Counted from the whole stretch's first letter, positions 1 through 12,700 are shown. The stretch is DNA of 63,922 nt, filler included, from Licmophora abbreviata (GCA_900291995.1; 15 parts of 15 records of this genome joined end to end with filler, not necessarily neighbours in it); one strand, 5' to 3'. Translations and numbers: made by a program. The notes: generated from the letters alone by a model not told the origin.

Positions 1-1401
1 ACTGCTACCTCGACTGCTAACTCGGCTTCTTCTGCAACGTGGAGCATTCACTTTGTCACGGGCGAACTCTTGTTTATATCATCCAGCCCCACTACTACTA
101 CCAGTACCGCTACTAGTCAAAGACTCCGATGCGACTTGATTGGAACAGTCACGCTCAGTGACAATTGGAAAGGATGGGAAGTCTGGCGCTTCCTGGAGGC
201 GACTGGTGGTCATGTTCGAATTTCATCCTGGATGCATTCTCAATACTATCTTTGCATCAATGGACAAGGAGCCGTCACGACGTGTACACTGTCACAGGCA
301 ACGTCATCGAACGAAGCACAACGACAAGACGAGTATGCCACTCTGTGGACGGTGGAACGAGATGTGTCGGAGAATGCGAATGGACTGACAATCAAGTCTG
401 TAGAGTGCGACGTGATTCTCTGTGTGAATCCTGCGACCGGCATGCTGTGTACAAAAGGAGTTGGCAGTGACGATTATGACCCACGAGTACTCGATCAGGA
501 AGGAGAGAACACTACACCACCACCATCACCAACAAGCCAAGCGACACTTGCAAGCGAGATCGATACTTGTGCTGTTACCACTCAACAACAACCCCTTTGT
601 AGCACGTGGCAACTGGAAGCTGCGCATCAACAAACATACACTCTGTCGTGTTGTGTGAGCAGCATCGATACTACCGACGAACAACAACAAGTGACGCGCA
701 GGTCGGTGGGTCCCTTTCCCTATGTCACTTGCAATCTCAAGCAATCGGACGAGTGGAAAATTGTGCCCAGCATACACAATGACGGGTTGGTCATGTTGAA
801 GTCGACGTCCAAACAACTCTATCTGGGCTGCAACGATGGGAATGGTGGTGACGAGGTGCGGTGTGTAGAAGAGGCGGGAGAGTCCGAATACTGGAGCATG
901 GAAATGGTCCCGGAAGACGAACAAGTTGGAGGAGGTGGATATGTGCTGAGACCCAAACTTAAGCGTGATGCATATTTGTCCTTTTGTGACACAGGCGAAA
1001 AGGATGGAAAGTTGTGCATCACAAACGAATGCAACCAACGAGTTGTGTGGCTCCTGGACCCATGCTTGCCGCGTGCTGTATCTTCCGCCAAAATCAAGAC
1101 CTTTGCCATCGGCACGAGCGCTGCTATTGCCACGACCGTCGCCATGCCCTTTGCCATGGCGGGTGTCATGGGTGTGCTGGGCGCCGTGGGAGCCGAGGTG
1201 GGACTTTTGGCCAACATTGTAACGGTGGGACTGACGGGGGCGGAAGCGGTGGCGTCGATTGGAGTCGTGGCGGGAACAGCGGCGCTAGTGTTTCGAGAGT
1301 CGGGAGACTCGTTTCAAATGAATGCGGAAGATGCGGAAGAAGAGGAAGATAAATCGACTGCATTCTCCAAGCGCCCCTTTTCTGCTTGGAGGACATGGTA
1401 G
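1..1401 (+). CDS. Hypothetical protein, 5'-truncated; fascin/ricin-like beta-trefoil repeats plus C-terminal Gly/Ala-rich hydrophobic hairpin
   Basis: Frame is open from base 1 to the TAG at 1399-1401. Repeated 'W...G.v.l.S....yL.c...G' units (e.g. EVWRF..GHVRISSW...YYLCINGQG; EWKIV...GLVMLKSTSKQLYLGCN). Hydrophobic tail AIGTSAAIATTVAMPFAMAG...GVVAGTAALVF. Confidence 0.6.
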   Translation, partial: TATSTANSASSATWSIHFVTGELLFISSSPTTTTSTATSQRLRCDLIGTVTLSDNWKGWEVWRFLEATGGHVRISSWMHSQYYLCINGQGAVTTCTLSQATSSNEAQRQDEYATLWTVERDVSENANGLTIKSVECDVILCVNPATGMLCTKGVGSDDYDPRVLDQEGENTTPPPSPTSQATLASEIDTCAVTTQQQPLCSTWQLEAAHQQTYTLSCCVSSIDTTDEQQQVTRRSVGPFPYVTCNLKQSDEWKIVPSIHNDGLVMLKSTSKQLYLGCNDGNGGDEVRCVEEAGESEYWSMEMVPEDEQVGGGGYVLRPKLKRDAYLSFCDTGEKDGKLCITNECNQRVVWLLDPCLPRAVSSAKIKTFAIGTSAAIATTVAMPFAMAGVMGVLGAVGAEVGLLANIVTVGLTGAEAVASIGVVAGTAALVFRESGDSFQMNAEDAEEEEDKSTAFSKRPFSAWRTW

Positions 1402-1710
1402 GTACCGGTACGGCAATGATATCGACGAAATAGACAGCAGAATAGCGATTGCCGTATGACGTGCAACTCACTCGCACGGGATATTCGCTATAATATCCGG
1501 GGTAACTAGCGAGGTACTCAATCTTTTGTATAGGCTGCATACGACTGTATTGGTATGTGTGTTTGTTGAGGGTCGCATTCCCACTACGAATCATTGTCTC
1601 TCATGAGGTGCGACACCGTACATGGTACTCAATCTAGTGAGTACCAGGTATCATACCAGGTACAAGATAGCGCTATTAGTCCAACACTTTTGAACTCGTA
1701 CAGTAGCTAG

Positions 1711-4700
1711 CTACTGGACCCACGTTTGTAGTTCGGCCTTGGTAAACGCTTCCGGTTGGGTGACGGAGCGAGTCTCACAGAGCGGGGCAAGCGACTGGCA
1801 ACCCTGTCTTGAAAAGACTAGAATGAGACAGTTCTCAGTCTGCGAATGGAATCCAGCTTCGCAGTACGTCAAATAGTAGTTCCAAACACGAAGAAAGACA
1901 TCGTCAAAGCCCAGCTCTCTCACAAAGGATTCGCTCGCGTTGAACCTCCGGCGCCATTCGGCCAGAGTCCGCGCGTAGTGCAAGCCAATGTTATCGATGT
2001 GTTCCAACGTCAGACACGACTGCCGGTACGCTGCATCGACGAGCGCATGCAGTGACGGACAGCACGACCCGGGGAAGATGATTGTGTTGATAAAGTCGGT
2101 CGAGCGACGGTAGGTCTCGTAGCGTTGTTCTGGTGTGGTGATGGCCTCCATGCACAGAATTCCATCGTGGGCGAGAACTTGCTCGACCGCCCAGAAGAAC
2201 TCTCCCAGGTGCTCGTGTCCTACCGCCTCGATCATTTCACAACTCAAAACGCGGTCAAACGTTCCCTGGTTTTCATTGCGCCGAGCGAACGTTCGATAGT
2301 CGACCACCTCGAACGTGATCAAGTCCTGCACTCCTTCACGTCTCACGCGCTCTTCCGCGAGGGCCTTTTGCTCCACTGAGAGAGTGATGCCTGTCACCTT
2401 GCAGCCGTACTTTTTGGCCGCATACAAGGACAGACCGCCCCATCCAAAGCCAATGTCGAGCATGGTTTGGCCGGGTTGGATCTGAGCACGATCGAGCAAT
2501 GTGTCCAGCTTGCGCCACTGAGCTTCTTCAAGAGTACCACGAAAGATGAGGCCACTTCTACCATCGGGTGCCTTGATACCATCATAAATCGCCGATGAGT
2601 ACATTAGGGTTTCCGTGTCCAAGAATGTCGTAAACAAGTCGTTTGACAAGTCATAGTGAGCATGAATATTCTTCAAACTGCCTCCGCGTTCCGAGTTGTC
2701 CATCGTTAACTTGTAGCGAAGAAAGTTCAGAAGCGACCCAATCCGGGAAATGACAAGACCCGACGCATTCGTCATGGCGTTGGAGTACCCGTGGCCTCGT
2801 CCGGCACGGCGAGGTAAATGATTCTCAGGACTATCACGATTGCCAATCAGCAACATGAAAAGCCGCATCAGTCCAACAGGATCCCCGAGAACGACTGTCG
2901 TCTCATCACGCGCGTCCGGCGGACGAATCACGGGGTCGTATTTGGACGGATCATCCAAGGACTCAACAACAAAATATCCCGCCATGTAAGATCTGTAGGG
3001 AAAACGACACGCACAGGTGAATACATCTTGTCATGCTGTTAGGATAGACACTCACGCTCATCTCTGAGTAAGCAAATATACCTCGCAAGTCCCAAATCGT
3101 ACTCCAGCGCTGTCTTGACAAAGAACCACGGATCAAAGACTCGCAATGTTACGGGACTCGCATCGCACCCGCACTCACTACCATCGCCAAAGCCAACGAC
3201 GGATCCATCATTGAACTTCAATTCCAAACGTCCCCTTTTCACAGCATACGACATGAACTTGTAGATGAAACGTCTGCAGACAGCGACCGGGAGATCGTAC
3301 ATGAGTTTCTGATACGCGTACTGGTACAGTCCACCCCAATAAGATTGGCGAGGTTTCACGAGAGTCATATCGGGCGGAGCCAACACCATCATGGCATTAT
3401 CACCCTCGCCTGTTCCGGCCCACGGCAACGGTACTCCCGACAATTGCGTCGCGACCTCAAAGCCACTACGACAACCGTCCTCGTGGAAGCCATATCCACC
3501 CCACGCACCGCAAAACCATAAACCGTCTTTGCCTTGGTTGTCAGCGTTGAGGAGCGTCTTGCGGGCAGTTAAGGTTTCCGCCGTAAATTGAGGATGAGCC
3601 AAAGTCAGGCGCTGGTAGGTGAGGGAAGGTGCGGGTGTTTCATGAGGATTCAACGAAACGAAAATGTCATTTGGCGTCTCGAGGTTCTGCAATCGATTCA
3701 GCCAGTACGTCACATAGACAGCCTTCATCCGTTGTTGGGGCTCCTCGATCTTGCCGCTGCTGTTCCCATTCGGTTCGGCCCTGCTACCAAATCCCGATTC
3801 CGCGCCCTCAAAGGCCTCGCCCTTTTTGACCGATTTGGTGGTTCCACTCATTGTTCGTTCAATCAAGTCACTCTTTCCCAGACAGTTCCACGACGCCCAC
3901 GCACGCTTGCGAAGCGGCATTAATTTTGGATCCGAGTGTACATAGATGGTATTGTCCGAATATTCAATCGATTCGAGTGCTACCCTTCGAGCGTCATCAT
4001 CATCATCATTGGTCGATGACAAGACTGTATCCAACAACCTCAAGGTGGTGGGTGGATGACACGCAAAGACAACATGATCAAAACGTTCCCACCGACTTGC
4101 GATTTGTCGTAAAGAGTTCGTACTTTTTGGTCTTGCCATTGCGAACGATATCCACAATGGGAGTCGACACATGCGCATTGTTGCCCAAGACCTCTTGCAT
4201 CTTGAGTGTGTACGACTGGGAACGACCCTTGACGGTCTTCCACTGTGCAAGCAAAAGAAGAAAGAATGGAAATAAAGAGTGGGTCATTGAGTCAGCAATA
4301 CGAGAGCTACAAGCAACGACGCCAATCCCTTATACACCAGATCACTGTGTATCATACAGTAATATCAGCACTTACAGTCGGCCGATCCATCAATTGCAAC
4401 ATTTTGTGATTGCACAAGAACCCGACAAGCTCTTGTGCTGGAAATTCCATGACTTCCTCCATACTAGCACTCCACAGTGCCGCCATCATGGGGAGCAGAT
4501 AGTACTTGCAAAAGGCGGACGAATAACCGTGGGAGCGTAGATAGTGCGCAATGCTCACATGCCTCCTGGGATCGTCCGGATGCAAGCGGAGCAGTTCACT
4601 CGCATGTTGGTTGAATCGCATCATGTCCCACACGTAGGTATAAAAGGAAGGTTCGACTATCTGTTTCCGCCTCGCCAACAAACCGTTCAACCCATCGCTG

Positions 4701-5041
4701 CTCCACTCAATCCCCTCCCCCTGATCCAAACTGACACTGAGACTCATGTCCGAGTCTTCACTTTCCACTTGCAGTTCACGGAACCATGCGGTCATGTTGG
4801 GATAATTGTGATCATTGTAGACCATGAAACCGATGTCGACATCCACGACGCCATCGACTTTGGGGAGAGTGTAAGCGTGGCCGCCGAGGCGGGCTTGTTG
4901 TTCAAAGACGTGCACGTCGCAGTCGGCGGTATTCGTGTGCAAGTGCCAGGCGGCCGCGAGGCCACTGACTCCGGCCCCGACCACTGCGACCTTCTTTTGT
5001 TCTTCCTGCTCATCGGAGGGAGTAGTCTTAATCGAATTCAT
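1711..5041 (-). CDS. Fused FAD-dependent oxidoreductase (flavin amine-oxidase/COG2907-like) + cyclopropane-fatty-acyl-phospholipid synthase family SAM methyltransferase, ~1035 aa
   Basis: Exons 5041-4376, 4242-3082 and 2992-1711 with GT-AG introns 4375-4243 and 3081-2993; one extra T in a T-run at ~4080-4083 joins SVGTF to DHVVFACH. N-domain motifs: VAVVGAGVSGLAAA, RLGGHAYT, VDIGFMVYNDHNYPN, TYWLNRLQN, WFCGAWGGYGFHEDG. C-domain motifs: NIHAHYDLSNDLF, MYSSA, LDIGFGWGG, GITLSVEQ, SCEMIEAVG, IFPGS, HYARTLAEWR, YLTYCEAGF. Confidence 0.93.
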
Positions 5042-5197
5042 TGCAAAGGAAGGAGAAGAGGGAGGTTCTTGAGAAAGATCGACGGCGACAGAAATCTAGT
5101 TGTGGCCGTTCCAAATTTTGGTTCGCAGTTTGGCGGGAAATGCTGGAGTACTGAATTTTGTGTAGGACCCCACACAGTACAAAATTCACGTAGGAAA

Positions 5198-5213
5198 TGA
5201 CGTACATACGTCA
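5198..5213. promoter_or_regulatory. Inverted TGACGT pair (TGACGTA-CA-TACGTCA) at the centre of a 330-bp bidirectional promoter
   Basis: Perfect 7-bp inverted repeat with a 2-nt spacer, ~165 bp from each divergent ATG (5041 and 5372). TGACGT is a bZIP/CRE core. Confidence 0.45.
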
Positions 5214-5371
5214 GAGTGATGGCTTGCCAGCACCTTCGCGCCAAGCAAGCGACTTGGAACATCTGGATCTTCTTCAGTCTGACTTGTCGTTGTCGACGTT
5301 GTCGTCGTCCTCTGGATCGTTCCTAGAACATCCATATCATACAGAGAGTTCACACAATCATCAGTAAGACA

Positions 5372-7579
5372 ATGTGTCATACGTCTTCGAAAGAAAAGGC
5401 AGCGGCAGCCACCATGACGACGACGAAGAAAACAGAGGAACCTACGGATGGCGTCACGCCGCCTTCTTCCGATTTGTCAAATCATTCTATGCTTTCTCTC
5501 TTGTCGGGTTGGAACTTGCTAGTCTTGCTTTGGTTTTCACTCTGCACCATGCTGGTATCACGGCAGATGGAACTGATCCATGTCTTTTTTGGATTCTGTG
5601 GATGCTTTGGACTCAGCGGGTGCATGCGTCGCATCATGATGAGGCATGATCGTTCTCCAAACAAGAGTTCGAGTACAACAACAACAACCAGTAGTAGTAT
5701 AGGTATCCCGGAAGGAGTCGGCCTGGTGGCTTGTGTCATGGCACTCTACGTGTTGGTGGTCCACCAGCAACCCTTTCAGGCACTGTCATTCGCCACTGGC
5801 TACTTGGCCTTTCATTTGTGGTATCTCTGTCTCTTTGGTGAAAGTGTACCCCAAACAACAACAACAACAAAATATGGCTCGATGCCATGACCCTGACGGC
5901 CTTTGTAGTGGTCTTGTCGCACTATAAGGATTGGCTGATGTGGACGGAACATGGGGACGATGGGACTAGTACTACTGCTCATACAGGTGGCAACTACTAC
6001 TGTGTCGGTGGATGGATTGTGTACAGGCTACTCATGCTCTTGCGGACGACAAGGTCGGGTGTGGGGCAAGTCACTCAAACGAGCTCGATGAAAAGGAAGA
6101 GCCACTTGAAACAAACGAAACACGGGAATTGTGTCGATCCATCGTTGTTGTGGACGGTGCATGGAGTCTCCTACGATCTACGAACCTTTGTCCCTCATCA
6201 TCCCGGTGGAACGGAAGCCATTCTGCTGGGTCAGGGACGCGACTGTACTGCTCTGTTTGAAAGTTACCATCCCTTTACAAAACAACACGAAGTGTTGTTG
6301 AATAAATATCGACGACAGCAACAACAAAAGAGTAATGACAAGCGCAGCGATGATGATGATGATGATGTGCCAGAATACCGCAACAAGAAGATGCCTTTTA
6401 CAATTTGCTCAAAAAAAGAGTATCGGACGTACTGGAACAGCAACACGGCATGGATCCCATCGTGGATCGAAGTGCACCACCCATGAGAGTCGCGTATTAT
6501 TGCTTGATTGGAGTCTGTCTCATGATCAGCTTTGTCTACCATGTCAAGGTAAGTGTGTGTCGATAGTTAGTTGAGTCTGCTTTGTTCTGGTTGCATTTAG
6601 AGTCGAGTCGCTCAAATTTTGACATTCTCCTCTACTGCACACTATGCTCCAGGGATCCATGCTGGGTTCCTTCTTTCTGGCCATCTTTGGTTGGCTCATT
6701 GGCGCCTTGGGACATGACGCGGGTCATTTCGCAGCCAGTCGGATCCCCTGGGTCAATGACGTTTGCGTATGGGCCATGTCCTTTTTGTGCAATCCCATGA
6801 TGTGGCAACACCAGCACACTTACGCCCATCACTCGCATACGAACGAATTCGAACACGATCCCGACCTGCATCACTTTGATTTGCTTCTGAGGGTGCATCG
6901 GCGATTTTACAAGAAGGATCTGTACAAACTTCAATCCCGCGTCGTATTTGTAGTCTTGGCTTACTCGCTGGTGGTCGTGGGAACGTGTGTTTGGATTCCA
7001 TTGGGGATGATGCAGAGTGGATCCCTGTATGGATTGGCGGAATGGACGGATCGGAAGCGACCGTGGCGAGCAATTAGCATGGTGGGACACTGGATAGTGT
7101 ATATTGGAGTGATACTGGTGTTGCCCTTCTTTACCAACTCGTCGTGGTACAAGGCCTCTGGAATGCTGCACATGGCCACGTCGGGATTGCTCTTTGCCGT
7201 TTTCTCGCAAATCAATCACTTGAACGAAGCCTCGTTGGAACTCAAGAGAAACAAGCGCAAGTCGATTGCCATTGTCTCTTGGGCAGCAGATCAAGTGGAA
7301 ACCTCCAACAACTTTGCTTCGCAAAGTCGACTGTGGCATATTCTATCGAATGGGTTAAATCTACAGATTGAACACCACCTGTTTCCAGGACTGAACCATA
7401 GTCATTTGCACCTGATTGCACCGGTGGTACGAGAGACGTGTGAAGAGTATGGTGTATTGTACAAAAGCTACGAATCCTGGAAGGACTTGATGGGAGCTAC
7501 CCTGCAGTGGCTCGACACGCTCAGTGAAGCGCCATCGGTGCACTGCAAAGAGACGGATGAGATTCTGAAGAATCGATGA
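5372..7579 (+). CDS. Cytochrome b5-fused front-end fatty acid desaturase (Delta5-like) with a long hydrophobic N-terminal extension
   Basis: Cyt b5 motif FVPHHPGG..AILLGQGRDCTALFESYH, linker EDAFYNLLKKRV, His boxes HDAGH, HQHTYAHHSHTN and QIEHHLFP. Intron 6549-6652 (GTAAGT..CAG). Needs a frameshift at ~6366-6390, and a second at ~5850-5870 to include 5372-5886, which could instead be a separate ORF. Confidence 0.88.
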
Positions 7580-7984
7580 GAAAGTTTGCTGCTGCCTCTT
7601 AGTTTTTTTGCAGTAGGCTACTTCCATGTACATACCACAAGAAATAGATGTGGATTAGAGACGTTAGCCGAAGAACTAGAGTACGTACCAGACGAAAAAG
7701 ACGATAACTCTCTCGCCTTGTTCGAAACGACGAGTTTTCCCGGATGTAGAGTTCTACGTGGAGGGAGTAGCAGTGACGCATTGACTTGGTCTGGCCGTAT
7801 GTACAACGCACGTGAGAGGTGCGTGTGTGCCAAGGCCACAGAAAAGAACATCAGCCGTGACGACGACAAGCACTGCCTTGTTTCGCTTGCTTCTCCATAC
7901 TTGGCTAACTTTGTTGACCAATCTGTCGTCTCTACATTCTAGCTTGTAGTCTAGTTTGAGCTGATCGAGCAGACAGTCGCAGAA

Positions 7985-9661
7985 ATGAGATCGCAATGGC
8001 TACCCAGTAGCAACATGAATCCACTGCGGAGGATCTCCCTGTTGTCGCTAGTTTTCCTGCTTTCTACCGCTGCTACCACATCGGCTCTGGTTCTCAAGAC
8101 CCCTGCAGCCTTTGTTCCAAGAAACAATCTAGGAGAGTCATCCACACGATCATCGCAATCTTTGCTTCGCATGTCCAGTGCATCATCGAAACAGACCACC
8201 AAGAACAAGAATGCTCCCCCTTCATCACAGCTCGAATATGACGCCGGTCGCATTCGAAACTTTAGCATTATTGCTCACATTGATCACGGAAAGTCCACCC
8301 TCGGTACGAGAATAAAGATTCTGCATTGTGAACGTCGTGCAAGCTCGGTTCCATCATGATCACTCACCGCCTTGGTTCTGTTGCTTCTCTATGTGTCTCT
8401 ATATGTGTTTGTAGCCGACCGCCTGTTGGAAACGACAGAAACGGTCGCCTCCCGCGATATGGAAGCTCAGTTGCTGGACAATATGGACATCGAGCGAGAG
8501 CGTGGTATTACAATCAAGTTACAAGCGGCGCGTGTCTTGTATCAGAGCAAAGTGGACGGAGAGGTGTACACACTCAATTTGATTGACACTCCGGGTCACG
8601 TCGATTTTTCCTATGAAGTGAGTCGATCGCTGGCGGCCTGTGAGGGAGCGCTCTTGGTGGTGGATGCGTCGCAGGGTATAGAGGCGCAGACACTGGCGAA
8701 TGTCTATCTGGCACTTGAAAATGATCTCGAGATTATTCCCGTCTTGAACAAGATTGACTTGCCAGCCGCGGAACCGGATCGAGTGGCGGAAGAGATTGAA
8801 ACGACGATTGGGTTGGACTGTACGGATGTCGTCCATGCGTCCGCCAAGTCGGGGATAGGCATTGATGATATTCTAGAGCGGATTGTAGAGAAGGTTCCGC
8901 CGCCTTTGGCGGCGACGGGAGGGCCCTTTCGGGCGTTGATTTTTGATTCGTATTATGATGCCTATCGAGGAGTGATTGTCTTCTTTCGCGTTGTCGATGG
9001 ACAAGTGAAGAAGGGCGATAAAGTAAGATTCATGGCATCGGCGGCGGAGCATGAAGTGACAGAGGTGGGAGTCAGTAAGTAGTGTATCTTATGGAGAGCT
9101 GAATGGGCGGATGCACTAGTGCTCGTGATGCTGCGGCTCACCTTGGGTGTTCTTGTCTTTTGACAACCTGTAGTGACGCCCACGCAGGTGCCTGTGGAAA
9201 CGTTGCGAGCAGGAGAGGTCGGCTACATGGTAGGAAGCATAAAGGATGTGCTAGATGCCAGGGTGGGAGATACCATTTCTCTGTCAAGTGAGTACAAGGC
9301 AGCCAGCGGAGAGATTGAGCCACTGCCCGGCTATGCTGATAGTGTGCCGATGGTGTACTGCGGACTGTTCCCGGTCGATGCCGATGATTACGAAGGATTG
9401 CGTGATAGTTTGGGAAAGTTGCGATTGAACGATGCCGCCCTGACATATGAGCCTGAGTCATCGGGATGCTATGGGGTTTGGCTTCCGATGCGGGTTCTTG
9501 GGGCTGTTGCATATGGAAATTGTCCAGGAGCGACTGCAACGAGAGTATGGCATTGATCTTATCGTGACTGCGCCGAGTGTCGTTTACAAGGTTGAGAATA
9601 AAAATTCTGACAAGGAGCTTGTGGTCGATGCGCCCAGTAAGATGCCAGACATTGGACGAGA
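7985..9661 (+). CDS. lepA: Plastid-targeted translation factor LepA/EF4 (GUF1 family), 3'-truncated by gap
   Basis: Motifs [66 protein letters not shown]. Introns 8304-8414 and 9075-9173; extra G at ~9463-9465. N-terminal signal peptide ending TSA-LV followed by a Ser/Arg-rich transit peptide. Confidence 0.95.
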
Positions 9662-9761
9662 NNNNNNNNNNNNNNNNNNNNNNNNNNNNNNNNNNNNNNN
9701 NNNNNTTAATTAATTAANNNNNNNNNNNNNNNNNNNNNNNNNNNNNNNNNNNNNNNNNNNN

Positions 9762-12700
9762 TTTCATTTCCTCGAGAAGTTTCTTGTAATCGACGTTCGG
9801 TCTCCCTCGTTTGCGAGACGGTTCTTCCACTGCGGCCACTGCCGCATCGAGATGCTCGTTCTCATTCAAGGGGGCCTTCAATAACGCGTCCATTTCGGCC
9901 TTGTCAGAGCTAGGCACTTCAACTGCCTCTCGTGCCAAGCGGAGGCGCGCAAGACGCAGTCGCTCCGCCTTTTGCTGGCGCTTTCGCTCACGATCTTCTA
10001 CCACGTGACGTTCGAACTGACTCTCCCATTCGCTATCCTCTGGGTCATACAGTTCTCGACTGCTCCCTCCGTCCACGAGCGCGCGAACGTGACTTGCGGC
10101 ACTTCGGGCAAAAGGAGAGACGATGCCGCCATGAATCTTGTAGCCACCTTCCAAAACAGAAATGATGCGACCTTCGCAACATGTGTTGGCAATTTTTACG
10201 AGCTGCTCTGTGACCCACTCATAATCTTCTTCCACCATGCCCACATAGCCGAAGTTCATTGTATCTCGTTTGTGGCCATCAAAGCCAGCACTAATGAAAA
10301 TCAAGTCTGGATCGAATTCACGCAAGTGCGGAAGAATTTTCTTACGATAAGTATCCCTCAGCTCAAGTCGTTGCATGCCAGGAATCGCATCTGGTTGCGG
10401 CAAACCCAGGCCACAATTGATAATCTTGCAGCAGTTGGCCTTGGAATCTTCACCCATGCGTGTCCACGATTGAGACAAGATGAAGTCTTGCACACTTGGC
10501 GTTTCGACCAGCGACGGGTTCAGGATGGCGTCAGATGTGTGCGTTCTTCCAGACGCGGGATAGAACCAGCTCTGTTGAGGCTGCACGTCACCGTACTCTA
10601 TGCCTCTGGAGCCATAGCCATGCGTACTAGCAAAAAAGACGTCATTGACATCTGTTTCGTCTAACCATGGACGATACTTTGAAGAAGATAGCTCTCCCGT
10701 CGCAAAAGGAGTTCGAATCACTGCTTTCTCAACCGTCGGTACCAACTGCCGGATGACTTCTTCCGTACCATTGCCGTGATGGACGTCAAAATCGACAATG
10801 GCGATCTTCCGAATGCCTTCATTTCGGTACATACAGCGAGCGTACGCGGCACCAATGGCAACGTTGTTCAGTAAGCAGAATCCATGGGAGCCACCCTCTG
10901 GATCGTTCGCACAGCGCACAATTCCACGGGGACCTGCGTGATGTCCTGGAGGCCGGACAGCGCAGAACGAATTCCGGATATCCGGAGACATCATGACTTT
11001 GTCTACGGAGTCGCATACGCTTCCTGCTGCTCTAAGGGCCGACTCGAAGGACCAGCGCGATACTGCTGTGTCAGCGTCCAAGTGAGCGATTGCTGATGGG
11101 TGGTCCGGGATTGCTGAGCACATGCGGCTGATACTTTCGATATAATTGTATTCATGAACCTGACGTACAAGTGGGTAAAACAAGAGATTTTGTCTGTAAG
11201 ACAACGCACGATGCCATTCTCAAAGAGACAGCGAATGATACCCACCTTCAGAATATCGCTCATTGCAGCTCGCCGCGCTTCCCCTTCCCACAGGAGTCTC
11301 CCGAATTCGCCAGTTCTTAAAATTCCATCGTCGTCGTTGATCAATACATGCAGCCGGCCAACGTTCTCAGGAGGCGCTTCAGGCGAATCTCTCCGGATCG
11401 GCGGACAGGTGCGGTGGCTCATACAAAGTTCGTGGCACATGAGCAGCGTGGAACCGTCTGGGTCCAAAATAAGGTCTCTGGCGGGAAAACTTGGAGTAGA
11501 AGCACCAAGTAAGCTGAGAAGATCAGCGGGGACCGGCATTCCTCTTTTGTGAGCAAGTTGCCCAGGTGCCACCCCTCGACGATCCTTGACCTGAGGGTTC
11601 GCATCAGCTCGGAGCAAGACGCGGACGACCGGCCAGTTTCCTCGAGAACAAGCCACATGTAAAGGAGTCTGTCCCAGCACATTGGGTGAGTCAATCTCAA
11701 TCCCCGGAGCCCCCACGAGTATCTGCGTAACCGCTGCAGTCATTGAATCCCCCGTTAGCGCCGGGGGTCCACTTTGACCGCCTGACGACACATCTCCCCC
11801 AGCGTCGCTCCCTGAGTGAACACTAGGCATGTGATGGCCGGAGTGGACGATTGTGCCGTCTGGATGGTGATGACCAACCGTAGGACGCAAGTGTTCGTCT
11901 GCCTTCGAAGGACTTGCAGACAAGGGGACGTCGAACTTTGCCGCAGTGTGAAGAGCCCTGCCACCATGACGGTCACACCTTGAATTCAGCGTAGATCTAC
12001 CAGCATCGCTTGAAAGAACATAGCTCACAACTTGCGGAAGGTTCATCATGCACGCAAGCGACAGGGGTGTGTGGAGCGATTCATCCTTCACAGTGATGTC
12101 GGCTTCATACTCCATCAGCACCTGGACACATTCCAGCGCGAAATCGGCATGGGCGGGCACACCACCTACGCTGATGGCGGTATGGAGCGGCGAGCTCCCA
12201 TCGCTCTTCCGATGTGGAGAAGCACCAGCCATCAGAAGGAGCTTAACGTGCTCTAGCTTCCGATTGTGGATGGCAACATGCAAGGCAGTGTTCTCGACCC
12301 CATCTCGTTCATTGATATCGTAGGGACAGTAGTAAGTAGTTTCTTTTTCCTTTCTGGCTGCAACCTCGACTTGTTCTGATGCCTGGTGTGCCTCGCCTTC
12401 AAATACACCACTAGGTGTGTCCGCACTGCCAGGCTCTACTGTCGCATCCTCGCTAGTGTCCATCGGAGCCGCAGCTTGATCATCCTCCGAAGTGACAGCC
12501 GCAGCATCCTTGGATGGAGAGGACTCCTTGGGTCTAATTGGATCTTCGCTCTCTTTCCCAAGGGATGAATCAGCAACAACCTCTCCAGGCTTGCTTGTGT
12601 CCCCATCCGTCTCTAGAGGTGGAGGAGGCATTCCGGCCAGTCCGAAAGCCGCCTCGGCGGTGGCCCCGACCCCATCAAATATTGCCCTTGGTACGCCAGG

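Noticed and set aside
5850..6390. Programmed ribosomal frameshifting in the desaturase
   Set aside because: Similar indels are scattered through unrelated genes, and no slippery site plus structure lies at the required positions.
9706..9717. Recurrent TTAATTAATTAA as a biological repeat or CRISPR-like element
   Set aside because: It is always embedded in N-runs of near-fixed length, so it is an assembly linker.
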